A DNA stretch of 64,000 nt from Trueperaceae bacterium (GTDB lineage Bacteria; Deinococcota; Deinococci; Deinococcales; Trueperaceae): assembly GCA_965213925.1 (NCBI GenBank), contig OZ243927.1, forward strand, positions 736,001-800,000, read 5' to 3'. Below are positions 63,842 through 64,000 of this stretch, in pieces. The position numbers were made by a program, and so were the translations under genes. How positions within the stretch are numbered: position 1 is the first letter of the stretch; each line of letters starts with the position of its first letter. The notes beneath the pieces are model-generated. The model was given only the letters and a program-made list of their open reading frames with translations. It was not told the DNA's origin and searched no databases.

Positions 63842-64000
63842 CTACTCCAGACGTCGGCTCAAATCTTTCAGGATCAAGCTGGCAAAGTCGCGCGCGGTAG
63901 AGATGCGCTTCATGTTGCTTTTGCTACTCGACTTGGGGTCGTAAAGGTCCTTAACCTGTTGCACGATGCAGATGGCGAGCGCCTCGTGAACGTTGACCGC
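63842..64000 (-). CDS. 3' end of an unidentified CDS entering from the right edge
   Basis: Open frame AVNVHEALAICIVQQVKDLYDPK...LILKDLSRRLE*. Confidence 0.45.
   Translation of the reverse strand, partial: AVNVHEALAICIVQQVKDLYDPKSSSKSNMKRISTARDFASLILKDLSRRLE

Overview
GC-rich bacterial chromosomal window, probably Deinococcota (Trueperaceae-like). That placement is an inference from the sufCBD-Rieske order, the SLH-barrel protein and many leaderless -10/start pairs. Most of it is housekeeping: K+ uptake (trkA, ktrAB, two tandem trkH), lnt, actP/acs, ispF, sufCBD, ribD, ndh, sdaAB/sdaAA, HU, plsC, uvrA, comEA/comEC and sodA. Accessory DNA sits at both ends. On the left are a complete IS1-family element (TIRs, 8-bp TSD, frameshift motif) and an AT-rich two-gene cassette. 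On the right are a dead helical-repeat gene and a mosaic of IS and gene remnants. The best novel-system candidate is 2823-4267: a DUF4258-like toxin translationally coupled to a Cys-less YgiT/MqsA-type domain fused to ~280 aa of unknown fold, behind a perfect palindromic operator. Other highlights are about 100 CTCGAG sites counted by eye (HIP1-like), an SLH/coiled-coil/collagen/small beta-barrel envelope tether, a collapsed acs paralogue upstream of actP, and several families of nested intergenic repeats. No rRNA, tRNA or CRISPR array was seen. All family calls come from motif recognition; no searches were run.
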